64,000 nt of DNA from Syntrophaceae bacterium (GCA_003141195.1 PLLC01000107.1:16174-80173); one strand, 5' to 3'. Shown: positions 1 through 10,273, counted from the first letter of the stretch. The notes: generated by a model from the sequence alone, not told the origin. Made by a program: numbers and translations.

Positions 1-390
1 GATCGCCGTCGCGATCACCGCCTTCGTCGCCCCCCAGATGATCTCGCCCATGATGATCTCCTCCACAGTGAGCGGCGTTGCCATCATCGCGTCGAAGGTC
101 TTCTGGTAGTACATGCGGACGAACGAGCCGTAGGTGTTCTCAAAGAAGGAGCTGTTCATCACGGTGATGGCGATGAGCGCCGGGGCGATGAACCGGACGT
201 AGGAGATCTCCTCCCCCCCGTAGCGGATGTTTCCCACGAGCGCGCCCAGACCGACGCCGAAGGCGAGCAGGTAGAAGAGGGGCTCCAGGAGCGGCGGGAT
301 GAAACTGATCTTCCAGCTTTGCCGGTACACGGTCAGATTCCTCTGCCAGACCCGGAAAAAGCGGCGGGAGAGCGGCGGATAGAGTTTCAT
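1..390 (-). CDS. ABC-2 type transporter permease, partial (C-terminus runs off the window start)
   Basis: Own translation of the minus strand from ATG 390-388 gives MKLYPPLSRRFFRVWQRNLTVYRQSWKISFIPPLLEPLFYLLAFGVGLG..., a hydrophobic NodJ/ABC-2-like N-terminus. ATGA overlap with the stop of the upstream ATPase gene (389-387). Confidence 0.75.
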   Translation of the reverse strand, partial: MKLYPPLSRRFFRVWQRNLTVYRQSWKISFIPPLLEPLFYLLAFGVGLGALVGNIRYGGEEISYVRFIAPALIAITVMNSSFFENTYGSFVRMYYQKTFDAMMATPLTVEEIIMGEIIWGATKAVIATAI

Positions 391-1298
391 TCCCTGAGCT
401 CCCTTCCCGTCAGCCGCAGAAACACATCTTCCAGCGTCGCCATCCGCATGACGCACCCCCCGTCACAGAAGCGCCCGTCGATCTCCCGGTAGAGGACGGT
501 TCCGTCTTCCACATCAACGATCAGCCGGTGACCGAGGTTCTCGAAAACCACCCCCCGCTCGCGGAGGAATGCTGGCAGGCCTTCCGCCGGGTCCGCGACC
601 TCGAGGACATGGCGGCCGACATGAAGGCGGACCAGTTCGGCCGGCTTCCCCTCGACCAAAAGGCGTCCCTGGTCCATGATGATCAGCCGGTCGCAGAGGC
701 GGGCGGCCTCGTCCATGTAGTGGGTTGTCAGCAGAATGGAAAGCCCGTCCGCCCTGAGCTCCTCCAGACGCTCCCAGACCTGGTGGCGCGACTGGGGGTC
801 GAGGCCGGTCGTCGGCTCGTCGAGGATGAGGAGCTCCGGCCGGTTTAGAAGCGCGCGGGCCATGACGAGACGCCGGATCATCCCGCCGGAGAGGTCCAGC
901 GCCCGGGCGTTTTCCCGGTGGTCGAGGGCCATGAAGCGCAGGAGCTCCCGGGAGCGCCGCGTCGCCTCGGCCGCGGGGATGTTGAAGTAGCGGGCGAAGA
1001 CCTCGAGGTTCTGGAGGACGGTGAGATCCGGATCGATGTTGTTCTCCTGCTGGCAGACGCCGATCCGGGACTTCACCGCACGCGCCTGCCGGATGATGTC
1101 GAGGCCGAAGACCCTGAGCGTCCCCCCGCTGGGCGGGGAAAAGGCGTAGACCATCCGGATCGTGGAGGTCTTCCCCGCCCCGTTGGGGCCGAGGATCCCG
1201 AAGCACTCCCCGGCGTTGACCGAAAAGGAGAGGTCATCAACGGCGACGAGTTCCCCGAAGGTCTTGCGGAGGTGTTTGGCCTCGATGACCGCGTTCAA
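387..1298 (-). CDS. ABC transporter ATP-binding protein (ABC-2 exporter type, DrrA/NodI-like)
   Basis: 303-aa ORF with Walker A GPNGAGKT, signature LSGGM and Walker B LLILDEPT. The TTG start at 1298 overlaps the stop of the larA-like gene (TTGA). Confidence 0.9.
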   Translation of the reverse strand: MNAVIEAKHLRKTFGELVAVDDLSFSVNAGECFGILGPNGAGKTSTIRMVYAFSPPSGGTLRVFGLDIIRQARAVKSRIGVCQQENNIDPDLTVLQNLEVFARYFNIPAAEATRRSRELLRFMALDHRENARALDLSGGMIRRLVMARALLNRPELLILDEPTTGLDPQSRHQVWERLEELRADGLSILLTTHYMDEAARLCDRLIIMDQGRLLVEGKPAELVRLHVGRHVLEVADPAEGLPAFLRERGVVFENLGHRLIVDVEDGTVLYREIDGRFCDGGCVMRMATLEDVFLRLTGRELRE

Positions 1299-2734
1299 CG
1301 AGCAGCCGCCTTTCCTGGCGCGAGATACGGGATCGTGTAGGGTCCCTCCCGGATGAAGGCGACCGCGGGCTCGATCCCCCGCTTGCGGTAATCGGCCACG
1401 CCGAAACGGAGCGCATTTTCAACCATTTCGCGGACCGCCTGGACGGGGTCGCGCCACCCCTCCTCCAGGAGGTCGAGGCCGCATTGTCCCGGGATCCGGC
1501 AGTAATCCTCCCGCGGTATCGTGTGCGTGCAGTAGAAAAACCTCTCCTCGTCGATCTTCCGGAAGACCTTTGCCCACATCTCCGGCTCCCACTGGTCCTT
1601 CGTGAAGCGCCAGCCGGGCGCCTCGATCATTTTCAGATAGCGGTCCGCCCCCTGGATCTTGAGCATGTGGAGGAGGCTTTTATATTCCGGCCCGCCGATC
1701 GGCTCCTCGTCTCGGTTGTCGGTGGCGATGATCATGATCCCCCCTTTCCGGATCGCCGGGAGGGCGTTGTGGGCGGCCTTCACCGCCTGGTAGTGGTTCC
1801 GGCCGACATAGCTGCCGTGGGTGAGGATGATGTCGTACTCCCTCTCCACCGGGACGGAGACATAGTCCCGGATGAGGTCGCTCGCCGCCTTGTGAGCCGC
1901 CTCGAGATCCCCGGCGAAGACGCCGGTCAGATGCATGTCCCGGTCGAGTGTTGCGTTCACGATGAAATCGACGCCCACGGTCCGGGCGATCGCCAGGGAC
2001 TCCTCGTGACAGGGGTTCCCTTGAAGGATCAGGTTTTGCGCAAAGGGGGATTCGAGGAAGGCGGGGCTGTGGAACTTTTCGATGGTTCTTTTGTCGACGA
2101 GGCCCGGGCAGATCGCCTTCCGCCCACCGGAGAGCCCCGCCATGAAATGGCTCTCCACGAGGCCCGTGGCGATCCGGAGATCGGCGCGGAAGAAGGCGCT
2201 GTTCACGAAGACGTCGCCGCCGGTCGCGCTTTTCCCGATGAAGGTGAGAGAGGCCTCGTCCTCGCAGTCATGGTCGATGACCGGGTAATCCCGGAGGATC
2301 TCTTCGCCGAACATTTCGACCCGTTCGGCGGCGGTGCTTGGCCGGTGCATGCCGTTGCCGATGACGATTCGGATGTTTTTCCGGAAAATCCCCTCCGCCT
2401 CCAGGCGGTTCAGGAGCGGCCGGAGGAGTCCGTTTTCCCCGCGGTAGGGGACGGGGCGGGTGATGTCGGAGACGGTCACCGCCGCGGTGAGCGCCGCGGT
2501 CGGTTTTCCCTTGCCCCGGATGATCTCCGTAAGCGGCGGACACTCGATCGGATGCGACAGGGCCTCTTCATAGGCGGCCCGCTGGTCAGAGATGACCGCG
2601 ATCTCCTTCATGCCGATGATCGCGCAGTCCGGGGGGACGCGGACCTTCAGGATCTCCGCCCCGTATTCGACGGGAATCTCTTTCCAGTCCGTGGTATCGG
2701 TTTCCTGGCACGTGTTCTCGATATCGGGTCGCAT
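1295..2734 (-). CDS. LarA-like nickel-pincer-cofactor-dependent racemase/epimerase family protein (DUF2088)
   Basis: 479-aa ORF. The GNGMHRP and SHFMAGLSGGRK motifs resemble the LarA catalytic His and cofactor-Lys region. ATG at 2734. Confidence 0.7.
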   Translation of the reverse strand: MRPDIENTCQETDTTDWKEIPVEYGAEILKVRVPPDCAIIGMKEIAVISDQRAAYEEALSHPIECPPLTEIIRGKGKPTAALTAAVTVSDITRPVPYRGENGLLRPLLNRLEAEGIFRKNIRIVIGNGMHRPSTAAERVEMFGEEILRDYPVIDHDCEDEASLTFIGKSATGGDVFVNSAFFRADLRIATGLVESHFMAGLSGGRKAICPGLVDKRTIEKFHSPAFLESPFAQNLILQGNPCHEESLAIARTVGVDFIVNATLDRDMHLTGVFAGDLEAAHKAASDLIRDYVSVPVEREYDIILTHGSYVGRNHYQAVKAAHNALPAIRKGGIMIIATDNRDEEPIGGPEYKSLLHMLKIQGADRYLKMIEAPGWRFTKDQWEPEMWAKVFRKIDEERFFYCTHTIPREDYCRIPGQCGLDLLEEGWRDPVQAVREMVENALRFGVADYRKRGIEPAVAFIREGPYTIPYLAPGKAAAR

Positions 2735-2940
2735 GGCAGCCTCCGGATGGATGTGTTGTTTTGCCCGGGGAGAGACGCCCCGAATCTACCCGTAAGGAGA
2801 GACCCTGTCAAGGCCGAAGTGACACCGGGGCCGCCCGCGGCGAATGACAGATTGCATTTTGCGGACCATTGCGGTATGGACGCGAAGGGCGGGAGATGCT
2901 CTTCCATGGATCCATACCAACCACACATGATGAGGCGGCT

Positions 2941-4548
2941 ATGAAAGTGAAATTTATGGGTGCAGCAAGGACGGTGACCGGCTCCTGTTACATCCTGGAG
3001 GCGGCCGGCCGGCGGTTTGCGATCGACTGCGGAATGCATCAGGGGAACGCGGAGATCGAAAAGCGCAACTGGGATGTCGACATCTATGATCCCCACGGGA
3101 TCGAGTTCATGCTGATGACGCACGCCCATATGGACCATTCCGGGCTCCTCCCGCGTCTCGTCCAGAAGGGGTTCCGCGGCAAGGTCTATATGACACCGCC
3201 GACCTCGGATCTCCTCAAGATTATGCTCCTCGACAGCGCCCACATCCAGGAGATGGAGGCGCAGTGGAAGAACCGCAAACGTCTCCGCCTCGGAGATGCG
3301 GACATCTCCCCGCTCTACACCGAAAAGGACGCCACGGCCGCCTTTCCTCTCTTTTCCGCCGTCACCTACGGCGAGGCCCTCTCGCCGTCCCCCGGACTGA
3401 CCGTGACCTTTCGGGACGCGGGCCACATCCTCGGCGCGGCGATGGTAGAGCTTGCCGTCCTGGAGGGTGGGGCGCAAAGCCGCGTCGTCTTCTCCGGCGA
3501 CATCGGCCGGCCGACCCAGCTCCTCATCCGAGACCCGACGGCGATCGAAGAGGCGGATTTTCTCTTCATGGAGTCGACCTACGGGAACCGGGACCACAAG
3601 GACGAGGCGGACAGCCTGAACGAACTCGCTGAGGCGATCGCCTACAGCCATGCCCGGGGAGAAAAGGTGATCATCCCCGCCTTCGCCGTGGGGCGGACGC
3701 AGGAGATGATCTACTCCCTCCACCTGCTGGCAAAGGATGGCCGCCTGCCCGCGGATATGCCCGTCTTCGTGGACAGCCCGCTCGCCATCCAGGCGACGGA
3801 GATCTTCCGCAAATCCCGGGAGTACATGGATGGGGAGACGAAGGCTCTCCTTGCGAAGGGCGAAGACCCTTTGAGCCTCCCCGGACTCCGCTACACACTG
3901 ACGACGCAGGAGTCGATGGAGATCAATGCCGTCCGGGGACCGGCCGTCGTGATCTCCGCGAGCGGGATGGCCAATGCGGGCCGGATCAAACACCACCTCC
4001 GCCACAACCTCTGGCGCGAGGGGGCGAGCGTTGTCTTTGTCGGCTTCCAGGCGCAGGGGACGACGGGCCGGAAGATTGTGGATGGCGCGAAGAAGGTGCG
4101 CATCTTCAACGAAGAGGTCGCCGTCCGGGCGAAGGTCTTTACAATCAACGGCTTCTCCGCCCACGCAGGGCAGAGCCAGCTTTTGGACTGGCTCGGCCGA
4201 TTCAAAACGAAGGGGATGCGTCTTTTCCTGATCCACGGCGAATACACCGCCCAGCAGGAGCTGGCCGGACTCATCAAAACCCGCTTCGGGATCGATGCCG
4301 CGATTCCCGACTATCTTGAAGAAATCACACTGAAGCCGGGGCCGGAGCTTGCGCGCGTGGCGTATCCCGATAAGGCGGCGCCGCGGATCGACTGGGGTTT
4401 CCTCATCGCGGATATGGAAACGAGGCTTGCCCAGCTCCGCGAACGCCGGGGACGGGCGGAGGGGAAGGCCTGGGTGGAGCAGACCGAGCTCCGCGACCGC
4501 CTGCTGGAGGTGAACCGGAGCCTGGCCGGGATCATCTCCGACATCTAA
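2941..4548 (+). CDS. beta-CASP family metallo-beta-lactamase-fold ribonuclease
   Basis: Track ORF 2869-4548, with the start moved to ATG 2941 (MKVKFMGAARTVTGSC). HAHMDHSG motif, with a beta-CASP and RNA-specificity-type C-terminal half. Confidence 0.8.
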   Translation: MKVKFMGAARTVTGSCYILEAAGRRFAIDCGMHQGNAEIEKRNWDVDIYDPHGIEFMLMTHAHMDHSGLLPRLVQKGFRGKVYMTPPTSDLLKIMLLDSAHIQEMEAQWKNRKRLRLGDADISPLYTEKDATAAFPLFSAVTYGEALSPSPGLTVTFRDAGHILGAAMVELAVLEGGAQSRVVFSGDIGRPTQLLIRDPTAIEEADFLFMESTYGNRDHKDEADSLNELAEAIAYSHARGEKVIIPAFAVGRTQEMIYSLHLLAKDGRLPADMPVFVDSPLAIQATEIFRKSREYMDGETKALLAKGEDPLSLPGLRYTLTTQESMEINAVRGPAVVISASGMANAGRIKHHLRHNLWREGASVVFVGFQAQGTTGRKIVDGAKKVRIFNEEVAVRAKVFTINGFSAHAGQSQLLDWLGRFKTKGMRLFLIHGEYTAQQELAGLIKTRFGIDAAIPDYLEEITLKPGPELARVAYPDKAAPRIDWGFLIADMETRLAQLRERRGRAEGKAWVEQTELRDRLLEVNRSLAGIISDI

Positions 4549-4672
4549 CAGGCTGTTGAAAAAAGTCCATCTGCTGCGTTTCCCTCATCCTTCGCCGTTC
4601 AACGTACCAGAAAGTACGCCTCACGGCTCAGGATTTCGGGAGCCTTGCATCTGGGCATTTTTGAACAGTCTG
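4549..4672. repeat. ~124-bp imperfect palindromic (REP/MITE-like) element between convergent genes
   Basis: The arms CAGGCTGTTGAAAAAAGTCCATCTGC... and ...GCATCTGGGCATTTTTGAACAGTCTGC are imperfect reverse complements centred near 4609 (GTACcagaaaGTAC). Contains the TACGCCTCACGG motif seen elsewhere in the window. Confidence 0.6.
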
Positions 4673-4695
4673 CTTGGCCGGATTTTGAAAAGCCG

Positions 4696-5562
4696 TCAAG
4701 ACTTTGCGATATCGCGGTGGGCAATATTCACAAAATAACCCTTGTCCGTAAAGTGTTCACCCAGGTGGTTGGCCATGACAACAGAGCGGTGATGGCCGCC
4801 GGTGCAGCCGAGGGCGATGTTGAAACGGGACTTTCCCTCTTTTTCGTAGAGAGGGATGAGAAAAGCCATCAGATCAAATAATTTCTCCACAAAGATCCGG
4901 CCGCCTTCCGATTCCAGGACGTAATCGCGGACCCGGAAGTCATGGCCGTTGCAGCCGCGCAACTCCTCCACGAAATGGGGGTTGGGCAGGAAGCGGACGT
5001 CCAGAACCATGTCGGCATCCGCCGGCAGCCCATAGCGATAGCCGAAAGAGGTCACATGGATCACCAGGCTCCTGCCCGAAGCCGAGCCGAGGAAATATCG
5101 CTGAACGACATCCTTGAGCTGATGGACATTGCAGGAGGTGGTGTCGATCACTTTGTCGGCCATCTGTTTCAACGGGGCGAGTTTTCCCCTCTCCAGGCGG
5201 ATGCCGTCCATGGGTGAACCGCGCGGGGCGAGGGGGTGAGACCTCCTCGTCTCGCTGAAACGGTGCAGGATCGCCTCGTCGGCGGCATCGAAAAACAGGA
5301 TCTCGATCCGATAGCCTTTTCCCTTGATCCGGGTGAAGATCCGCGGGTACTTTTCCAGTAACCCCCGCTCCCGGAGATCCATGACCATTGCAACCTGCGC
5401 GATCTCCTTGGCCGGGTCGGACTGGATCTCCAGAAACTTCGGCAGGAGAACCACCGGCAGATTGTCGACGCAGAAAAAACCGATGTCCTCCAGCGCCCGC
5501 AGGGCGGTGCTCTTGCCGGAACCGGATAGCCCCGTGATGATCACCACACGCAACTGCTTCAT
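4696..5562 (-). CDS. rapZ: RNase adapter protein RapZ (P-loop NTPase YhbJ family)
   Basis: Track ORF 4696-5631, with the start moved to ATG 5562 ([19 protein letters not shown]). Sits in the conserved position after ptsN. Confidence 0.9.
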   Translation of the reverse strand: MKQLRVVIITGLSGSGKSTALRALEDIGFFCVDNLPVVLLPKFLEIQSDPAKEIAQVAMVMDLRERGLLEKYPRIFTRIKGKGYRIEILFFDAADEAILHRFSETRRSHPLAPRGSPMDGIRLERGKLAPLKQMADKVIDTTSCNVHQLKDVVQRYFLGSASGRSLVIHVTSFGYRYGLPADADMVLDVRFLPNPHFVEELRGCNGHDFRVRDYVLESEGGRIFVEKLFDLMAFLIPLYEKEGKSRFNIALGCTGGHHRSVVMANHLGEHFTDKGYFVNIAHRDIAKS

Positions 5563-5624
5563 CCTGATCCTCTCTTTGGCTGGATCTACACGCCATTGCC
5601 TCATGAGGAGCCCCCCGACTCCAA

Positions 5625-6086
5625 TCAGCACTCGTCGTCTTTTTCGGCGATGATCCGAAAAAGATCCTCATGCATCTTCGCTTCCAGAAGATTTTTCCGG
5701 AAAGCCGGATCCTTCAGCATCCGGGAAATCTTCGCCAGGGCCTTGAGATGCTGTCCCGCTGAATTCTCGGGCGCTATCAGCAGAAAAAACAGATGCACCG
5801 GATTTCCGTCCATCGCCTCGAACGCGATCCCCTCCCGGCTCCTGCCGAAGGAGACCACCATCTCATCAAGTCCCGGGATTTTACCGTGGGGGATGGCGAT
5901 CCCGTCCCCGATGCCGGTGCTCCCCAACCTCTCCCGCTCCAGGAGGACGTGGAGCATCGCCTCGGGATCGAATTTGGTCCTTCCCTTCGCGAACACGCCC
6001 GCCAATTCCGCAAGGGCGTCGCGTTTGTTCCGGGCCTTCAACTCCTCAAGGACGAACTCCCTCTTGAGCATCTCCGTAATTTTCAT
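5625..6086 (-). CDS. ptsN: PTS IIA-like nitrogen regulatory protein PtsN (EIIA-Ntr)
   Basis: [12 protein letters not shown]...[12 protein letters not shown] is the EIIA type-2 His motif. The start could instead be 6107. Confidence 0.88.
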   Translation of the reverse strand: MKITEMLKREFVLEELKARNKRDALAELAGVFAKGRTKFDPEAMLHVLLERERLGSTGIGDGIAIPHGKIPGLDEMVVSFGRSREGIAFEAMDGNPVHLFFLLIAPENSAGQHLKALAKISRMLKDPAFRKNLLEAKMHEDLFRIIAEKDDEC

Positions 6087-6103
6087 GCCTGTATCCTCAA
6101 ACC

Positions 6104-6640
6104 TCAACGGCTGATTTCCAGCAACGCAAATTTTCCATCCTCGCGCCGATAGATGACGTTGACATTTTCGGTCGAAGAATCGCGATAGATCACAAACCGG
6201 TTCTTCGTGGTTTCCATTTCCAGGACCGCGTCATCAATCGACATCGGTTTCAATACCATTTTGCGCGTCTCCACCACCTTGGCATCGGGCGAGTCCTCAC
6301 CCTCTTCGGCCGGGGATTCTCCTTCGAATTCTCCGCTTCGGGAAGGATTGGTTTTGAAACCGCGGACCTTTTCCCTTCGTTTCTTGAGCTGCCGTTCGAT
6401 CTTTTCGATGGCGTTGTCGATGGCCATGTGCATATCCTTTTCTTCTTCCCTGCCGTTGATGTTTAACCCGTTGGCCATCAAATTGATTTCCGCCGTATTG
6501 CGGAATTTCTCGACCGAGAGGATGACCCGGGCATCCACCGGATTATCGATATATTTCTCCAGTTTCTTCAGTCTCTCTTCCACATATTCCCTCTGCCAGT
6601 CCTCCCCCTCCGCATTCCTGAATGTCACGGAAATCTTCAT
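6104..6640 (-). CDS. hpf: ribosome hibernation promoting factor (long HPF)
   Basis: Start moved to MKISVTFRNAEG... (ATG 6640). Sigma-54 modulation/HPF fold sequence with a C-terminal dimerisation extension. Lies downstream of rpoN. Confidence 0.88.
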   Translation of the reverse strand: MKISVTFRNAEGEDWQREYVEERLKKLEKYIDNPVDARVILSVEKFRNTAEINLMANGLNINGREEEKDMHMAIDNAIEKIERQLKKRREKVRGFKTNPSRSGEFEGESPAEEGEDSPDAKVVETRKMVLKPMSIDDAVLEMETTKNRFVIYRDSSTENVNVIYRREDGKFALLEISR

Positions 6641-6754
6641 GATCGGTTCCTCCCTTTTTTGTTTCGCTCGCCCGACGATGGTGAACTGGGGCGGCATACC
6701 GGAACTGCAAAGTCGTGGACCATACGGATATCCCTCCATCCTGTCAACATTTTT

Positions 6755-8218
6755 TTAAAAATATTTTTTCCGCCTCGATGACGGCAGAACTCTCATCATA
6801 TCGCGGTATTTCGCGATCGTCCGCCTCGCTATGTCTATCCCCGAAGCCCCAAGACGCTTGACGATTTCCTGATCGCTGAAGGGTTTGCGGGGATCTTCCT
6901 CGCCGATGATCTTCCGGATATCCTCCTGCACGCTCTTGGAGGAGACGTTATCGCAGCCGGTTTTGCGGATGCCGCTGCCGAAAAAGTATTTCAGCTCGAA
7001 GAGGCCCCGCGGCGTATGCATATATTTGTTCGTCACCACCCGGCTGATCGTGGATTCATGCATCTCCACATCATCGGCGATATCCCGTAGGATCAGAGGT
7101 TTGAGAGATCCGATCCCGCGGTCGAAAAATTCCTTCTGAAACCGAACGATGCTCTCGGAAACCCGGTAGATCGTCTTCTGCCGTTGCTGAATGCTCTTGA
7201 TGAGCCAGGTCGCCGACTGGACCCGCTCCTTGATGTACTTCTTCCCATTTTCCTGCTTCTCGCGCCCGGTTATCCCGCCCATGATCTCGCGGTAAAAATT
7301 GCTGATCCGGAGTCTGGGAAGACCGTCGTCGTTGAGGACGATCTTGTAAACCTCGCCGCTCTTGAAGACATAGACGTCGGGGACAATTGCCTGGATGCGT
7401 TCCTCGTTGTAGACGCTTCCCGGCCGGGGGTCCATATGGCTGATGATCAGCACAGCGGCCAGAACATCCTCGATGGAGGCCTTTAATTTCCGGGCGATAT
7501 GGGCATAATTCTTGATTTCCAGGTCCCTGAGATGATCGAGGATGATCCGTTCTACCAGAGAACGAGCACTCCCTGTCATCTTCGCCTGGATGAGCAGGCA
7601 CTCGCGCAGATCTCGGGCGGCAATCCCGACGGGATCGAATTCCTGAACCTTTTCCAACACCTTTTCGACAAAGTCGGACGCCACTTTCTCCTGGACGGCA
7701 ATTTCATCCGGCGTGGCGACCAGATAGCCGTTATGATCCAGGTTGCCGATGATCTGTTCGCCGATACGCCGTTCATCCTCGCTGAACCGGGAAAGAAGGA
7801 GCTGCCACATCAAATGGTCCGTAAGCGAAGATTTTGCCACGAGTAGATTATCCCACGAAGGGGCGGTCCCCTCCTTCCGGTCATAGGTGGCCCCCATCGG
7901 ACCATAATCTTCCAGATAGTTGTCCCAGTCGAACTCTTCCCGGCCATCCCCCTCGCCCGTCAGCTCCTCAGTCCGTTGGACGGTCTGGGGCTCTTCCCGA
8001 TCCTCTTCCGCGGTCTCTGCGGGTTCGATTTTCTTTTCGGCCTCAGGATCCTCATCCGATGTGATCTCCTCTAAAAGCGGATTCTCTTCCATCTCCTGAT
8101 TGACCATATCGACCAGATCGAGCCTCGACATCTGCAGGAGCTTGATGGCCTGCTGGAGCTGCGGCGTCATGATCAACTGCTGGGTCAGTTTCAGATTCTG
8201 TCTGAGTTCAAATGCCAT
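6755..8218 (-). CDS. rpoN: RNA polymerase sigma-54 factor
   Basis: 487 aa. N-terminal MAFELRQNLKLTQQLIMTPQLQQAIKLLQ, acidic region II, and a C-terminal RpoN box ARRTIAKYR. Confidence 0.95.
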   Translation of the reverse strand: MAFELRQNLKLTQQLIMTPQLQQAIKLLQMSRLDLVDMVNQEMEENPLLEEITSDEDPEAEKKIEPAETAEEDREEPQTVQRTEELTGEGDGREEFDWDNYLEDYGPMGATYDRKEGTAPSWDNLLVAKSSLTDHLMWQLLLSRFSEDERRIGEQIIGNLDHNGYLVATPDEIAVQEKVASDFVEKVLEKVQEFDPVGIAARDLRECLLIQAKMTGSARSLVERIILDHLRDLEIKNYAHIARKLKASIEDVLAAVLIISHMDPRPGSVYNEERIQAIVPDVYVFKSGEVYKIVLNDDGLPRLRISNFYREIMGGITGREKQENGKKYIKERVQSATWLIKSIQQRQKTIYRVSESIVRFQKEFFDRGIGSLKPLILRDIADDVEMHESTISRVVTNKYMHTPRGLFELKYFFGSGIRKTGCDNVSSKSVQEDIRKIIGEEDPRKPFSDQEIVKRLGASGIDIARRTIAKYRDMMRVLPSSRRKKYF

Positions 8219-8238
8219 GTTCCGGTTGTCTTCTCTTC

Positions 8239-8961
8239 TTAGAATTTAAAATCATCGCCGAAATAGATCTTTCTCGCAATCTCGGAGCCGGCGATTTCTT
8301 CCGGCGTTCCCTCCACGAGAATCGTTCCCTCGTTGATGATGTAGGCGCGATCACAGACGGAAAGGGTCTCCCGGACATTGTGATCGGAGAGGATGACTCC
8401 GATCCCCTTCGTCCGGAGCCTGGCGATGATCCTTCCGATATCCGCCACCGCCAGTGGATCAATCCCCGCGAAGGGTTCATCGAGAAGGATGTATTTCGGC
8501 GAGGTGACGAGCGCCCGCGTGATCTCCACCCGCCTTCTCTCGCCTCCGGATAACGAATAGGCCCTGTTGTCCGCGAGTTGCGTCAGATCCAGTTCCGCAA
8601 GGAGCAGGTGCAGACGCTCCTCCCTCTCTTCCGGGGTGATGGGAAGCGTCTCGAGGATCGCCAGGATGTTCTCCCGCACCGTCAGCTTCCGGAAAACGGA
8701 TGGCTCCTGCGGAAGGTAATTCAGCCCTTTTCGCGCCCGCATATACATCGGACACCGACTCAGATCCTCACCGTCGAGGAAAATCGCCCCCCCATCCGGC
8801 TGGATCAGCCCGACGATCATGTAGAAGGTGGTCGTCTTTCCGGCGCCGTTGGGCCCCAGGAGGCCGACCACCTCTCCGGAATTGATCTCCAGATGAATCC
8901 GGTCGACCACCCTTTTACCACTGTAGATCTTGATCAGATCCGTCGCAGTCAATTTTCCCAT
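8239..8961 (-). CDS. lptB: LPS export ABC transporter ATP-binding protein LptB
   Basis: 240 aa with GPNGAGKTT, LSGGERRRVEI and ILLDEPFAGIDP. Sits between lptA and rpoN. Confidence 0.93.
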   Translation of the reverse strand: MGKLTATDLIKIYSGKRVVDRIHLEINSGEVVGLLGPNGAGKTTTFYMIVGLIQPDGGAIFLDGEDLSRCPMYMRARKGLNYLPQEPSVFRKLTVRENILAILETLPITPEEREERLHLLLAELDLTQLADNRAYSLSGGERRRVEITRALVTSPKYILLDEPFAGIDPLAVADIGRIIARLRTKGIGVILSDHNVRETLSVCDRAYIINEGTILVEGTPEEIAGSEIARKIYFGDDFKF

Positions 8962-9001
8962 GAATACATTCCGTAATATCCGACGGAGGGGGAAGAGGAG
9001 G

Positions 9002-9562
9002 TCACTTTTTTTTCTCCTCGTTCTCTTTCGGATAGATTGTGGCCGTCACACGCCGGTTCTCCAAGCTCTCCACCACTCCCCGGTTCTCGTCCAAGAATAC
9101 AACGATCCGGTCACCCCGGATGGTATTGGCGCCTTCGCGCAGAACCGCGCTGCCTGTCATTGTGATCTTCTGGATATCCTGTTCGAAGATGGCATCTTCT
9201 CCGGTCACGACCCGTTCGCCCTCGGTAATCGTCACGTGCCCCTTCGCCTCCACCCTTTCCAGATCCCCTGTCCCTTCGACCCCCACGGTCGGCCGTCCGT
9301 CCGTCTTTCTGTTTTCCTTGTAGTAGAGCGTCAGACGATCCGCCCGGATCGTCCGCACACCTTGCGTGGCCACGGCATTCCCGGAAAAGACGACCATCCG
9401 TTTTTCGTTGTACGCATCCAGACGGTCGGAAACGATCTGAATCGGCTGATTCTTCTCGACCCGGGGTTTTTGCTTCGTTTCGGCCAGCGCGCCCCCCGGC
9501 GGATACAGGACCGCAATCAAAACGCCCAGGGTGACGATGATCCGCAGAAACCTTTCCAACAT
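9002..9562 (-). CDS. lptA: LPS transport periplasmic protein LptA (OstA-like)
   Basis: 186 aa with a signal peptide and an OstA-like beta-jellyroll-type sequence. Conserved position. Confidence 0.8.
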   Translation of the reverse strand: MLERFLRIIVTLGVLIAVLYPPGGALAETKQKPRVEKNQPIQIVSDRLDAYNEKRMVVFSGNAVATQGVRTIRADRLTLYYKENRKTDGRPTVGVEGTGDLERVEAKGHVTITEGERVVTGEDAIFEQDIQKITMTGSAVLREGANTIRGDRIVVFLDENRGVVESLENRRVTATIYPKENEEKKK

Positions 9563-9575
9563 CCTATTTCCCCTC

Positions 9576-10130
9576 TCATTTTCCGGCGGTGTTCGCCCGA
9601 ACCTGCGACAGGAGCGTGACCTTTTTTTCGTCCAGGGTCAAGATCATTCCCACACCACTGATCCGGACACTCCCGTTTTCCATAACCACGGGCCGGTCCG
9701 TTTCGATCCGCTTTCCTGCATTCCGGTACAGAAGGCGGTCCGTCGAAATACGGTCGCCATTTTCCGAAACGATACCGACATTCCCCTCGATTTCCATATC
9801 GCGGGACTGGGTATTGAGCTGCCCCCGGTCGCCGTTCATCACGAAGACCCGACCGTCTTTCATCACCAGTCGGACCTTCACCTTCTCGAAGAGCGCCAGG
9901 TTTTCCTTCTTCCGATACCGGGCCGTATCCGCCGTGATCTCCCAGTTCATGCCGGAATCCCCGACTTCGGTATAATGCACATTTTGGACCTGCAGATCGA
10001 CCCGATCCGACATGATCTTGAGCAGCGCCTTCTCCGGCGCCCTTCGGAGGCCGATCGCGAGGATCGCCGTCACGGACAGGATCACCGTTAGGATTGCGAC
10101 GATGAGCACCGTTTTTCTTTTTGTCTTCAT
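9576..10130 (-). CDS. lptC: LPS export system protein LptC
   Basis: Start moved to MKTKRKTVLIVAILTVILSV (ATG 10130). Single N-terminal TM helix. Position between kdsC and lptA. Confidence 0.75.
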   Translation of the reverse strand: MKTKRKTVLIVAILTVILSVTAILAIGLRRAPEKALLKIMSDRVDLQVQNVHYTEVGDSGMNWEITADTARYRKKENLALFEKVKVRLVMKDGRVFVMNGDRGQLNTQSRDMEIEGNVGIVSENGDRISTDRLLYRNAGKRIETDRPVVMENGSVRISGVGMILTLDEKKVTLLSQVRANTAGK

Positions 10131-10273
10131 CCGTTCTCCCGGGTTTGCCACTGACCATTCGGAGGTTTTCCGCACCGCACCTGTCGGAAATTTTATACCA
10201 CCCGGGCCTGCGGATGTAAAGGTGAAACGTCGCCTCCAGGTTCTGGGGGACAGATTTAAATCTGTCCCCCATT

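Noticed and set aside
2647-4236. 529-aa minus-strand ORF antisense to the beta-CASP RNase gene
   Set aside because: Its composition is Arg/Gly/Pro/Asp-rich with no motifs, and it fully overlaps a gene with clear catalytic motifs. This is a typical stop-poor antisense frame in high-GC DNA.
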